Source: Candidatus Omnitrophota bacterium
GTDB lineage: Bacteria; Omnitrophota; Gorgyraeia; Gygaellales; Profunditerraquicolaceae
NCBI GenBank assembly: GCA_029571225.1
Contig: JAKPTF010000097.1
Location: 417 to 64,416 of the forward strand
Reading direction: 5' to 3'
DNA: 64,000 nt
In this document: piece by piece, positions 15,912 to 25,003 of the stretch
How the letters are laid out: the number at the start of each line of letters is the position of its first letter
Numbering within the stretch: the first letter of the stretch is position 1
The notes under the pieces: generated by a model
What the model was told of the DNA's origin: nothing
Database searches by the model: none
What the model saw: only the letters and a program-made list of their open reading frames with translations
Made by a program: the position numbers and the translations under genes

Positions 15912-17879
15912 ATGATAGAGATCAAAAACGTCCATAAGACATATATCATGGGAAGTTCACAGGTGAAGGCCCTTGACGGCGTATCCTTGAAGATAGATCC
16001 GGGGGAATTCATCGCGATCATGGGGCCTTCGGGTTCAGGCAAATCCACGCTTATGCACGTGCTGGGCCTCCTTGACCGGCCTGATTCCGGCGAATACCGC
16101 CTCCGGGGCAGGGAAGTCACTACGTTATCCGATGAGGAGCTTGCGGTTGTGCGCAACAGCCTTATCGGTTTTGTATTCCAGCAATTCCACCTGCTGCCGC
16201 GTATGTCCGCGCTGGAGAACGCTGAATTGCCGCTCATCTACGCAGGGAAAAGGCATTTGCGTCTGCGGGCGGAGGAAGAGCTGGCGGCGGTCGGACTCAG
16301 GGATAGGATACTCCATAAGCCTACCGAATTGTCCGGCGGCCAACAGCAGCGCGTGGCCATCGCACGCGCGCTGGTCAACGACCCTGTTATCCTTTTCGCG
16401 GACGAGCCTACCGGAAATCTCGATTCAAAAAGCAAAGATGAGATCATGGGTATCCTTAAAGGGCTCAATGCCAGAGGCAAGACCGTGGTGGTGGTTACCC
16501 ATGAGCATGAGATTGCCGCGCAGGCGTGCCGCGTCATACATATGCGGGACGGCAGGATCGTTTCCGATGAGCGGACGTCCTTGGAAAAGGCCGTCGGCCG
16601 CTGCGGCCCTGGCGGCGAGCGGCATGTCAACGATGTACTTATCGAGCACCGCAGCGCTTCGGGAAAGATAAAATTCATCGATTACGTGCGCCAGGCAATG
16701 TCCGCGATGGTATCGCACAAGATGCGTTCCCTGCTCTCTATACTGGGGATCCTTATCGGCGTTGCGGCGGTTATCGCGATGCTGGCCCTGGGAAGCGGCG
16801 CAAAAGCGTCTATCGGGCAGCAATTAGCGTCTCTTGGATCTAATCTTCTGTGGGTGCATGCGTCTCACGCTCGGTCGCGGGGGGTTTCGGTCCAGGCGAC
16901 GGAGACACGTTTCACTATTAAGGATGTCGATATGATCGCCGGCCTTGCGTCGGTAAAGAGGGTCTATGGATCCGTATCGAGCAGGGGCCAGGTTGTGTTC
17001 GGGAACCGGAATTCCAACACGCAGATCGAAGGGGTCGGCGTAGATTACGCCCCGATGCGCGCATCCGTCCCTGCTGTAGGCAGGTTCTTCACCGAGCAGG
17101 AGCTCCGCAACAAGGAAAAGGTTGCGGTGCTCGGAACGACCGTTGTCAATAACCTGTTCGGCAGCGCGAATCCGGTAGGGGAAAACATCAAGATAAATCT
17201 GATAAACTTTAAAATTATAGGGATACTGCCCATGAAGGGGGGCGGCGGGTTCCGTGACCAGGATGACGTCGTCATCATCCCGCTGACAACGGCCATGTAC
17301 CGGGTCCTCGGTAAACAGTATATCGATTCGATCTATGCTGAGGCGGTCGATACGGGTTCCGTGCAGGCGGCGCAGGAAGAGATAACCGCTGCAATCATAA
17401 AACAGCACCGGTTGACCGGCAAGAACATCGAGGATGCATTCGACATAAGAAACATGTCGGATATCAAAAGTACGCTGGAATCCACCATGCAGACATTATC
17501 GATGCTTCTGGGCTCCATCGCCGCGATTTCGCTTCTGGTCGGTGGCATCGGCATCATGAACATCATGCTCGTCTCCGTGACCGAGCGCACGCGCGAGATC
17601 GGCCTGCGCAAGGCGATTGGCGCCAGTAACAGGGATATCATGGTGCAGTTCCTGATTGAATCGGTGCTCATGTCCTTAATCGGAGGCATAACCGGCATAG
17701 GTATTGGCGCGGGCGCATCCTGGGTTATGTATCTAATGGCCGGGTGGGCAGTCAGAGTGTCTGCCTCATCGGTTTTCCTGGCGACAACATTTTCTCTCGT
17801 CGTCGGCGTCGTTTTCGGTTTGTGGCCGGCGCAAAAAGCCTCACAGCTCAATCCAATCGAAGCCCTCAGGTATGAATGA
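15912..17879 (+). CDS. macB: MacB-type ABC transporter (fused ATPase + FtsX permease)
   Basis: GPSGSGKST, LSGGQQQRVAIARAL and FADEPTGNLD are followed by a 4-TM FtsX-type permease with a large periplasmic loop. 655 aa. Confidence 0.9.
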   Translation: MIEIKNVHKTYIMGSSQVKALDGVSLKIDPGEFIAIMGPSGSGKSTLMHVLGLLDRPDSGEYRLRGREVTTLSDEELAVVRNSLIGFVFQQFHLLPRMSALENAELPLIYAGKRHLRLRAEEELAAVGLRDRILHKPTELSGGQQQRVAIARALVNDPVILFADEPTGNLDSKSKDEIMGILKGLNARGKTVVVVTHEHEIAAQACRVIHMRDGRIVSDERTSLEKAVGRCGPGGERHVNDVLIEHRSASGKIKFIDYVRQAMSAMVSHKMRSLLSILGILIGVAAVIAMLALGSGAKASIGQQLASLGSNLLWVHASHARSRGVSVQATETRFTIKDVDMIAGLASVKRVYGSVSSRGQVVFGNRNSNTQIEGVGVDYAPMRASVPAVGRFFTEQELRNKEKVAVLGTTVVNNLFGSANPVGENIKINLINFKIIGILPMKGGGGFRDQDDVVIIPLTTAMYRVLGKQYIDSIYAEAVDTGSVQAAQEEITAAIIKQHRLTGKNIEDAFDIRNMSDIKSTLESTMQTLSMLLGSIAAISLLVGGIGIMNIMLVSVTERTREIGLRKAIGASNRDIMVQFLIESVLMSLIGGITGIGIGAGASWVMYLMAGWAVRVSASSVFLATTFSLVVGVVFGLWPAQKASQLNPIEALRYE

Positions 17880-17992
17880 TGGGGACTGGTCTTTGAGCGT
17901 TTTTCTTCTCAAATACCTCCGACCGTAGTATAATGAGGTCAAAGGCACGTTCTATCCGGCCAGGATCACCTTCGACAAAAAAAGGGCGCCAG

Positions 17993-18754
17993 ATGAAGAT
18001 ATTGCTCACCAATGACGACGGGATTTATGCCGAAGGAATCCGCGCACTCTATAATGCGCTAACGGACCTCGGTGATATTACCGTCGTCGCTCCGGACACG
18101 GAACGCAGCGCCGTCGGTCATGCGATCACGCTGTCAGATCCTCTGCGCGTAAAAAACGTGAACCGCGGAGGAAAATTTTTCGGCTACGCGGTGACCGGCA
18201 CGCCTGCCGATTGCGTCAAGATCGCAATCCGGGCCATTCTAAGGGACAGGCCGGACATCGTCGTATCAGGTATCAACCTCGGGCCCAACGTCGGTTATAG
18301 TGTCCTTTATTCCGGAACGGTGTCTGGCGCCACCGAAGGCGCCATGCTCGGTATTCCGTCTATCGCCGTGTCCCTGGGGACCTTCGAGGATCCCGATTAC
18401 TCGTACGCTGCCGAATTCGCGAAAAAGGCAGTGCTTCTGGTAGCCGGCAACAATGGATTGCCGAAAGGAACGCTTCTGAACGTTAATGTCCCCGCGGTCG
18501 CCCGAGAACAGATAAAGGGGGTGCGCGTGGTAAAGCAGAGCGCGCGCGCGATAGAGGAACGGTTCGATAAACGCCAGGATCCGCGCAGAAGAACCTATTA
18601 CTGGCTGACCGGGGAGGTCATAGGATCAGACGGGCAGGAAGATGCGGATCTGGAGACTTTGCGCCGCAATTACGTAACCGTCACCCCGATCCATTGCGAT
18701 ATGACCGATTACGGTTTCTTGCAGCTCCTTAAAGAATGGAAATTCGAACTATGA
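17993..18754 (+). CDS. surE: 5'/3'-nucleotidase SurE
   Basis: MKILLTNDDGIYAEGI...SGINLGPN...YSGTVSGA signature. The track ORF starts earlier, at 17933. Confidence 0.9.
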   Translation: MKILLTNDDGIYAEGIRALYNALTDLGDITVVAPDTERSAVGHAITLSDPLRVKNVNRGGKFFGYAVTGTPADCVKIAIRAILRDRPDIVVSGINLGPNVGYSVLYSGTVSGATEGAMLGIPSIAVSLGTFEDPDYSYAAEFAKKAVLLVAGNNGLPKGTLLNVNVPAVAREQIKGVRVVKQSARAIEERFDKRQDPRRRTYYWLTGEVIGSDGQEDADLETLRRNYVTVTPIHCDMTDYGFLQLLKEWKFEL

Positions 18755-19605
18755 TGGGAAAGATCGGCTTTAGCGTCCTGATGTGTCTGGCCTTATTTCT
18801 GGGCGGCTGTACGGTTTCGCACTGGATCGGCAGCGGCCAGTTTGTAGATGAAAAGGGCATTGCGATCCATAGGGCCGAAGACATTGTCATCGCTGTCCCC
18901 AACCAGCGCCTCCCCGATTATGAGATGCTTACGTTCAACCTGAAATGGGTGGGCATTCCGGTGGGCTCTGTCACCTTGACGGTGAACGGCATACGCAACA
19001 TCAACGGCAGGGACGCATACATGCTCGAGGCCCGTTTCAAATCTAACAAGTTCCTTTCCGCGATATACAATATCGATGACCGTTTTGTTTCCTATATGGA
19101 TGTGGAGAAGCTATATTCGTTGCGCCAGGAGGTGTACCGCAATGAGGGTAATTACCGCAAGGAGGCGGTGACGGATTTTGACCAGATAAACCATAAGGCG
19201 TATTTCAAAAACGCGGTTGATAAATCGACGAAAGTCCTGGATATCCCTCCAGGCGTTCAGGACACGGTTAGCGCCTGTTATTATTTTCTTATGTTGCCTT
19301 TGAAGGTGGGGGACCGGATAGATTTTTACGTGTACAACAGCGAGCAGACATATCAGCTTATCGGCGTAGTAGAGGAAAAGCTTTTCATGCGAACCCCCGC
19401 GCTCGGAATCAAAGAGGCGTTCCGCATGCAGCCCTATGTGAAACAGAACGGCAAGCAGGTGGAGAAGGGCACGCTCGTGGCGTATTTCAGCTGTGATAAA
19501 CGCCGCATTCCCCTGATGGGAAAGCTTAAAGGGGTGATCTTCACCGAGGCGGTATTCACGCTCGGCAAAATCATATCGTCGCAAGCTGCCGTCGGAGAGC
19601 GTTGA
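18751..19605 (+). CDS. DUF3108-family lipoprotein
   Basis: ATGA overlap with surE. Lipobox LFLGGC. Motifs AYMLEARFKSNKFLSAIYNIDDRFVSYMD are as in DUF3108. Confidence 0.6.
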   Translation: MMGKIGFSVLMCLALFLGGCTVSHWIGSGQFVDEKGIAIHRAEDIVIAVPNQRLPDYEMLTFNLKWVGIPVGSVTLTVNGIRNINGRDAYMLEARFKSNKFLSAIYNIDDRFVSYMDVEKLYSLRQEVYRNEGNYRKEAVTDFDQINHKAYFKNAVDKSTKVLDIPPGVQDTVSACYYFLMLPLKVGDRIDFYVYNSEQTYQLIGVVEEKLFMRTPALGIKEAFRMQPYVKQNGKQVEKGTLVAYFSCDKRRIPLMGKLKGVIFTEAVFTLGKIISSQAAVGER

Positions 19606-19644
19606 GGCGCACGGACCCGTATCTGTGGGTGATAATCCATGTAA

Positions 19645-20427
19645 ATGCTAAAATTACGCAGGCTTGAGCATATACTGCAGGGCATGGGGCCTGCGCTTGT
19701 CGCATTTTCCGCAGGCGTAGATTCGTCTTTTCTTGCGGCAGCGGCTCGACAGGCGCTTGGCAAGAACGCGGCTGCGGTCACGGTCCTGTCGCCGTTTGTC
19801 CCTTCAAACCTGGCAGAAAGATCTGCGTCGCTGGCCAGGCTGATAGGTATCAATCATTTCTTGTTGCGGCAGGAGCTTCCCCTGCGCTGCTTGCAGAACA
19901 ATCCTGACAGATGCTATTTGTGCAAAAAGACGATATTCTCCCGCATCGCGGCTGCTGCGAAAAAAAAAGGATTCCGTTTTGTAATAGAAGGTTCGAATGT
20001 TGACGACATGATCGACTTTCGTCCGGGCGCACGGGCTCTGCAAGAATTGGGTGTTGCCAGCCCTTTGCAAACGGCCGGATTCTCCAAGGACGACATTCGC
20101 CGCGCGTCCCGCCGCATGGGGTTGCCGACCTGGAATATGGAATCCTCGCCGTGCCTGGCAACGCGGGTGCCGTACGGACAGAAGATTTCGCGCGAGTCAT
20201 TGGAGACGATAGAGCGCGCTGAAACATATCTTCGGAGCCTTGGCGCCAGGTCCGTGCGGGTGCGTTGTCACGCCCGCGCAGCGAGGATAGAGGTTGACCG
20301 GAGAGATATTCCCGTTATGGTTAAGCACAGGCAGGGCATTGTCAGAAGGCTAAAGGCGTTAGGTTTCGCGTATGTCAGCCTTGATCTGGAAGGGTATCGT
20401 TCAGGCGCGATGAATGAGGCAGCCTAA
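19645..20427 (+). CDS. larE: LarE-type PP-loop ATP-dependent sulfur transferase (nickel-pincer cofactor pathway)
   Basis: PP-loop AFSAGVDSS. CYLC plus SPCLATRVPYG give three conserved Cys. ARIEV near the C-terminus. Confidence 0.75.
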   Translation: MLKLRRLEHILQGMGPALVAFSAGVDSSFLAAAARQALGKNAAAVTVLSPFVPSNLAERSASLARLIGINHFLLRQELPLRCLQNNPDRCYLCKKTIFSRIAAAAKKKGFRFVIEGSNVDDMIDFRPGARALQELGVASPLQTAGFSKDDIRRASRRMGLPTWNMESSPCLATRVPYGQKISRESLETIERAETYLRSLGARSVRVRCHARAARIEVDRRDIPVMVKHRQGIVRRLKALGFAYVSLDLEGYRSGAMNEAA

Positions 20428-21182
20428 TGGATAGAGAAAAAATCATAAGGCTTTTGAACAGGGTCAGACAGAAGAAAATTTCGGTTGAGGACGCGTTTTG
20501 CGCATTACGCGAATTCCCGTATGAGGATATCGGTTTTGCCAAGGTTGACCATCTCCGGGCGATGCGCACCGGCATGCCGGAGGTCGTGTTCTGCCAGGGA
20601 AAGACCATCGGTCAAATCGTTTCGATATGCAGGGCTGTGGCGAAAAAAAACAACGCGGTCCTTTTGACCAGGGCCGATGCGGCCGTCTTCAAAGCCGTAA
20701 AACGCGCGTTTCCCTCTGCCGTATATGACAAACTTGCCGGGACGATTGCCATACGCAAAAAGAAAACCGGGCTGCACGGCAAGATCTCGGTTGTCTGCGC
20801 AGGCACAGCTGACATTCCCGTTGCCCAGGAAGCGGCTGTGACCGCGCAGATATTCGGCAACCGGGTCGAGCGGCTGTATGATGTCGGCGTCGCCGGCCTG
20901 CATCGCCTGCTGGATCGTTTTGACCGGATATCGGACAGCTCATGTATAATCGTGTGCGCGGGTATGGACGGAGCACTGCCCTCTGTGATCGGCGGCCTGT
21001 CATCGTGCCCTGTTATTGCGGTGCCGACCTCGATCGGATACGGCGCGAATTTCAAAGGTATCGCGCCTCTTTTGACCATGCTCAACAGCTGCAGCCCGAA
21101 CGTATCTGTCGTGAACGTCAATAACGGTTTCGGGGCAGGATATATAGCGTCGCTTATCAACCGGAAAAATGAGAGATTCTAA
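20427..21182 (+). CDS. larB: LarB (NaAD carboxylase/hydrolase, AIR-carboxylase fold)
   Basis: FAKVDHLRAMRTGMPEVVFCQGKT and the C-terminal PurE-like ISVVCAGTADIPVAQEA...AGMDGALPSV...VIAVPTS. TAATG junction with larE. Confidence 0.8.
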   Translation: MDREKIIRLLNRVRQKKISVEDAFCALREFPYEDIGFAKVDHLRAMRTGMPEVVFCQGKTIGQIVSICRAVAKKNNAVLLTRADAAVFKAVKRAFPSAVYDKLAGTIAIRKKKTGLHGKISVVCAGTADIPVAQEAAVTAQIFGNRVERLYDVGVAGLHRLLDRFDRISDSSCIIVCAGMDGALPSVIGGLSSCPVIAVPTSIGYGANFKGIAPLLTMLNSCSPNVSVVNVNNGFGAGYIASLINRKNERF

Positions 21183-21516
21183 GGTTCAAATCATCCCTTT
21201 CGACGGCGATCAGAGGTATCTGCGGCTGCTCGGCGGCATTCCGCAAACGCGCGGCATGCGGTCGGGGTATGTTGTATTACAGCCGGGGGAATCGGTGGGC
21301 GAACACAGTACGCAGGATAAGGAAGAAGCGGTCATCGTTCTTGAAGGCAGCGTGCAGGTCGTGGCTGACGGTCAGGCCGCCGGCGTTGCCCGGAAGGGCC
21401 AGCTCGTGTATATACCGCCGAGAACCAGCCATGACTTGTCCAATGAGGGGAATGTCGCGGCAAGGTACGTGTACGTGGCCGCGCCGGTGAACGAGCATCA
21501 GTCCGGGGCAACGTAA
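21169..21516 (+). CDS. Cupin-domain protein
   Basis: 115 aa. GESVGEHSTQDKEEAVIVLEG...YIPPRTSHDLSN is the two-motif cupin pattern. 14-nt overlap with larB. Confidence 0.7.
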   Translation: MRDSKVQIIPFDGDQRYLRLLGGIPQTRGMRSGYVVLQPGESVGEHSTQDKEEAVIVLEGSVQVVADGQAAGVARKGQLVYIPPRTSHDLSNEGNVAARYVYVAAPVNEHQSGAT

Positions 21517-21533
21517 AATTTTTTACAAATTTA

Positions 21534-21561
21534 TTGACATCACAGAAGGTTTTAATATAAT
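21534..21561 (+). promoter_or_regulatory. Promoter placed so that the downstream mRNA would be leaderless
   Basis: TTGACA (21534-21539), 16-nt spacer, TATAAT (21556-21561). The ATG of the next gene is at 21568, 7 nt after the -10, and there is no SD. Confidence 0.55.
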
Positions 21562-21567
21562 AAATTC

Positions 21568-22011
21568 ATGCCAAGAGCATTAGTGCTTGAAAATATAGTT
21601 CAGGAGAAACCGGTCAGGCTGAACAAGACCCATAAGACACAGGCATTCGGTTTCGAACTCCTGCTTGATCTTTATAACTGCAAGAAAGGCGCTTGCGACG
21701 ATCTGGCGCTGTGTTACCGGTTCCTCGATGAGTGCGTCACGTACCTCGGCATGGAGAAACAGTCCCCGCCGAGTATTTTTTTTACTGACGCGAGCCGTTT
21801 CCCCGACAAGGCGGGATTGTCCGGTTGGGTGCCGCTTGTCGAGAGCTCAATCGTTATCCATACGCTGAGCGTCAAGGATTATATCTCCATCGACGTGTAT
21901 TGCTGCAGGGAGTTCGATATTGACAAGGCAAAGGATTTCGCCCGCAGGTTCTTCTCCCCGGAGCGCATGGATGCCCAGTATGTCCTGCGCGGCCTGGACT
22001 ACTATAAGTAA
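21568..22011 (+). CDS. speH: S-adenosylmethionine decarboxylase-like proenzyme (pyruvoyl class 1)
   Basis: FGFELLLDLYNC and VESSIVIHT (ES self-cleavage site context), then ISIDVYCC. This is the SpeH/SpeD small-form pattern. Confidence 0.6.
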   Translation: MPRALVLENIVQEKPVRLNKTHKTQAFGFELLLDLYNCKKGACDDLALCYRFLDECVTYLGMEKQSPPSIFFTDASRFPDKAGLSGWVPLVESSIVIHTLSVKDYISIDVYCCREFDIDKAKDFARRFFSPERMDAQYVLRGLDYYK

Positions 22012-22023
22012 GAAATTCCCTTT

Positions 22024-22386
22024 ATGGAAAAAATAGATTGCAACAAGTGTCCGCAGCAAAGCACGTGCTGTCAGACAGGCGTGTGGGTGGACCTCGAAGA
22101 AGCCAAGAGAATACTTACCTCGGGGCATAAGTTCCCGGGTTCTTTTTTTGAATTCGAGAAAGACGACTCTTACCCTTCGGGATTCCGTGTCGGGACCAGC
22201 CTCGGAGACAATCCCTGTACCTTCCTGACCGAAGACGGCCTGTGTTCCATCCATAAGATCAGCTATGACCTGAAGCCGGCGTCATGCAAGGAATTCCCTC
22301 TGGAACATGGCAAACCTGCTCCATACCTTGATGAATTGTGCTATCTGATAACCAAGAAGAATCCTTTGAGGGAAGCCAAGGTTTAA
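22024..22386 (+). CDS. YkgJ-family cysteine-cluster protein
   Basis: CNKCPQQSTCC ... NPCTFLTEDGLCSIH ... PASCKEFP matches the UPF0153/YkgJ Cys pattern. Confidence 0.7.
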   Translation: MEKIDCNKCPQQSTCCQTGVWVDLEEAKRILTSGHKFPGSFFEFEKDDSYPSGFRVGTSLGDNPCTFLTEDGLCSIHKISYDLKPASCKEFPLEHGKPAPYLDELCYLITKKNPLREAKV

Positions 22387-22407
22387 GGCGAGCAACATTT
22401 CAGGAGC

Positions 22408-22911
22408 ATGATCAAGAAAATATTCCCCTTCCTCGTATGGTCCTTTATCTACGCGTCGTGCGCATATGCCCAGATCGGGACTTCCGTCAAGGCATTCAAG
22501 GCGGGTTCGTTTGCGCGCGCCGAGGGTTTTACGCTGCAGGGCTCCTATCTGATCACCGAAGACCCCGCTTTTGAGGGTAAATACGCCTATAATTTCTTCA
22601 CAGAAGATAACCGTTACAGGATTCAGCTCATTGCGGATAAGAAAGGCAATAACATCGTTTTTGAATATCTTATGTATCCGTTCGCGGAAGATCCTGATCT
22701 TGCGATGAAAGACGGCTCGATAGCGATATCCTTTGTCTCTCAGGCTTCGGCACAGGCTGTCACGCCCGATGAATTCGTATCCCTGGTGTCGGAGGCGAAC
22801 AAAGGGGCGCCTAATGTCAGATATACGAAAGTCATCAGGGGCTATACCGTTAGCATGACGCGCCACCGTACAGAGATTTTGACGGGCTGGAGCATAGGGG
22901 TCCGCAGGTAG
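22408..22911 (+). CDS. Secreted protein, function unknown
   Basis: Signal peptide MIKKIFPFLVWSFIYASCAYA. The composition looks coding, whereas the overlapping minus ORF 22282-22866 is Arg-rich and antisense-like. Confidence 0.5.
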   Translation: MIKKIFPFLVWSFIYASCAYAQIGTSVKAFKAGSFARAEGFTLQGSYLITEDPAFEGKYAYNFFTEDNRYRIQLIADKKGNNIVFEYLMYPFAEDPDLAMKDGSIAISFVSQASAQAVTPDEFVSLVSEANKGAPNVRYTKVIRGYTVSMTRHRTEILTGWSIGVRR

Positions 22912-23003
22912 CCATACTTTTTTCGGCTCGGTTTCGCAGGTTCATAGTATGATCTTCGATTCCCTTTGCAGCTACGGGTTGATTGCCCAAAAGAGGGGGC
23001 GTT

Positions 23004-23798
23004 ATGCCGGATCGCCTGAAGATACGAATTGCCGCAGTTGTTCTTGCCGTATGCTTCGCTTCCGCCGCATCGGCCAGGGAGGATCTTGAACTGCGCATGA
23101 TCAGGATAGCCCATGGCGACGGCGCTTCCATCTGCGCTACCGCTCAGGCTGCGTTGAGCCCGGACGGCAGAATATCCTATGACGCCCGGACTTCAACTCT
23201 GGTCGTCGTGGACAGGCCGGGGTATCTTCCCCATATCGAGGAACTCGTGGCATCCCTTGACGTGAAGGTCCCGACGGTCAGGATGGCCGTCCGCCTTACC
23301 GAGGTCACGGACGATTTCCTCAGGGAGGCAGGGATCCATTCGGCGCAGATCATATTCCCCCGAGGTTCGTTTGCCGCGGTGTTGCGGTTGTTGAACGCGG
23401 GCGCCGGCGCGTTCACCAGGTCAGAGATGTCGCTATCGACAGCCAGCGGCAGCCCAGCGCAGCTTCAGGTGAGCAGGGAGGCTCTTTACGGCGTGGCAGC
23501 TGCAGAATACCAGGATGCTTCATTACCCCTCGTCGAGAGGCGCAGCGTAGGAGATTTCCTTGAGGTCCTGCCAACGGCCAATTATGACAATACCGTTACC
23601 GTCAAGATAATGCCACGGCGCTCGAGCGTGCAGGAGGGCGAGACGATATCCGAGAGCACTGTGTTGACGCAGGTGACTCTGCACGGCGGAGATACGCTTG
23701 CGATTGCCGGCATTCGCAAAGAGCAAGACCGGGATCCTTCCGCCTCCTGCCGGCGCACCACCATAATGTTTCTTACCGCCGAAATAATCTATCCATGA
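23004..23798 (+). CDS. Short secretin-like protein (one Secretin_N-type domain + truncated secretin domain)
   Basis: Signal peptide. LRMIRIAHGDG...ISYDARTSTLVVVDRPGYLPHIEELVASLD is an N1-type domain. VRMAVRLTEV... through ...GGDTLAIAGI...IMFLTAEII is a secretin-core pattern, but the PxLGxIPxxGxLF segment is missing. 264 aa. Confidence 0.55.
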   Translation: MPDRLKIRIAAVVLAVCFASAASAREDLELRMIRIAHGDGASICATAQAALSPDGRISYDARTSTLVVVDRPGYLPHIEELVASLDVKVPTVRMAVRLTEVTDDFLREAGIHSAQIIFPRGSFAAVLRLLNAGAGAFTRSEMSLSTASGSPAQLQVSREALYGVAAAEYQDASLPLVERRSVGDFLEVLPTANYDNTVTVKIMPRRSSVQEGETISESTVLTQVTLHGGDTLAIAGIRKEQDRDPSASCRRTTIMFLTAEIIYP

Positions 23799-24343
23799 CA
23801 ACGATTGAGTGTATCCAGGGCGACATAACAAAAGTTCGCGTTGATGCAATTGTGAACGCGGCGAACAGGTCTCTGTCGGGCGGCGGCGGCGTTGACGGCG
23901 CAATTCACCGTGCCGCAGGCCCGAGGCTCCTGGATGAATGCAGGACGCTTGGAGGCTGTGAGACAGGGCAGGCAAAGATAACTGGCGGTTACGGCCTCCC
24001 TGCGAAATTCGTCATCCATACGGTCGGACCGGTATGGTATGGCGGTTCCCATGACGAAGAGAAGCTGCTGGCCGATGCGTACCGCAATTCTCTGGCGCTT
24101 GCCGTTTCACGCGGCCTGAAAAGCATCGCGTTCCCGGCCATATCGGCCGGAGCATACCGGTTTCCGTTCGAAAAGGCGGCCGGGATCGCTTTGTCAACGG
24201 TTAAAAAGTTCATCGAAAGCCATCCGGATTCTCTGGAACGCGTCGTGTTCGTCCTGTTCTCCCGAAGCGATTACGATGTTTACCTGCGCCTGCGCGGCGA
24301 ATTATTCCCCGGATTATCCCCGGACCCTTCCGGCAAAGACTGA
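23795..24343 (+). CDS. ymdB: Macrodomain O-acetyl-ADP-ribose deacetylase (YmdB-like)
   Basis: GDITKVRVDAIVNAAN..L.GGGGVDGAIHRAAG and AFPAISAGAYRFP. ATGA overlap with the upstream gene. Confidence 0.85.
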   Translation: MTTIECIQGDITKVRVDAIVNAANRSLSGGGGVDGAIHRAAGPRLLDECRTLGGCETGQAKITGGYGLPAKFVIHTVGPVWYGGSHDEEKLLADAYRNSLALAVSRGLKSIAFPAISAGAYRFPFEKAAGIALSTVKKFIESHPDSLERVVFVLFSRSDYDVYLRLRGELFPGLSPDPSGKD

Positions 24344-24370
24344 TTGAAATATTCCCCGTTTGGCTGTAAA

Positions 24371-25003
24371 ATGATACCCGATATGGCACTATCAACTGCA
24401 CTTTCCGCAGCGGCTGTGCTGCTGGTCTGGATGGTAATACTTTTCGATCTGTCAGCGCGTCTGCGCAGGATCGGAGAACGGTTGTCTCTTCTGCAGCGGC
24501 AGATACCCGATTCCAGGCGTTTCGGATTATGGGCATACTGCGGCCTGAAGGGCACGCTGTCGGGGATGCCGTTTGTCATGACCGTTACTTCTGGCGGCAA
24601 CAGGTCCCGGCCGAAGATCGTGATTTCCTGCAGGCAGAAAACCCCTTTCAAGCTGATAATCCTTCACAGGGAATCGCAATCCGATTTTTTTACGAGGCTG
24701 GCGCACGTTCCCGTGATGAGTGCGCTGGTCAAGACCAACGACCCTTATTTCGACGAGCGTTTTTCCATCTATTCGCATAATACGACCGATATCGCGGGTT
24801 ACTTCTATAATACGGGCCGCAAAGATGCGGTGCGGGGTATTTTCGAACTGGGGTATAACCTTCTTGAGTTCAAAGGCACTGAGGTTACTGCGCAGAAATA
24901 CGAATATGATACCGAGCGAGATCTTCACCCGGACGCGCTGAAGGCAGTCCTTGGGAAAGTCATCGTTCTTGCAAAGGGATTCCGGAAAGGAGGCGACCGG
25001 TGA
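24371..25003 (+). CDS. Single-pass membrane protein, function unknown
   Basis: N-terminal TM helix (LSTALSAAAVLLVWMVILF). The stop overlaps the next start (GTGA). The start is uncertain: the track begins at TTG 24344. No family recognised. Confidence 0.45.
   Translation: MIPDMALSTALSAAAVLLVWMVILFDLSARLRRIGERLSLLQRQIPDSRRFGLWAYCGLKGTLSGMPFVMTVTSGGNRSRPKIVISCRQKTPFKLIILHRESQSDFFTRLAHVPVMSALVKTNDPYFDERFSIYSHNTTDIAGYFYNTGRKDAVRGIFELGYNLLEFKGTEVTAQKYEYDTERDLHPDALKAVLGKVIVLAKGFRKGGDR

Noticed and set aside
16072-16671. 199-aa alternative-frame + ORF inside macB (similar cases at 27671-28162 and 54196-54609)
   Set aside because: It lies inside genes with clear family signatures in another frame. 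Its low-complexity Arg/Ser/Pro composition marks it as a frame artefact.
19960-19968. A9 homopolymer inside larE as a slipped-strand phase-variation tract (similar A8/T9 runs at 20641, 53884 and 62265)
   Set aside because: The runs encode in-frame Lys-Lys-Lys or Phe-Phe-Phe in intact ORFs. There is no evidence of frameshifting from a single sequence.
19990-19998. GGTTCGAAT, a tRNA T-arm-like string
   Set aside because: It lies inside the larE reading frame and has no surrounding cloverleaf complementarity. No tRNA is supported anywhere in the window.
22282-22866. 194-aa minus-strand ORF
   Set aside because: It overlaps the YkgJ gene end and the + ORF 22408-22911. That + ORF has a clean signal peptide, an RBS and operon spacing. 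The minus product is Arg-rich with no recognisable motif.
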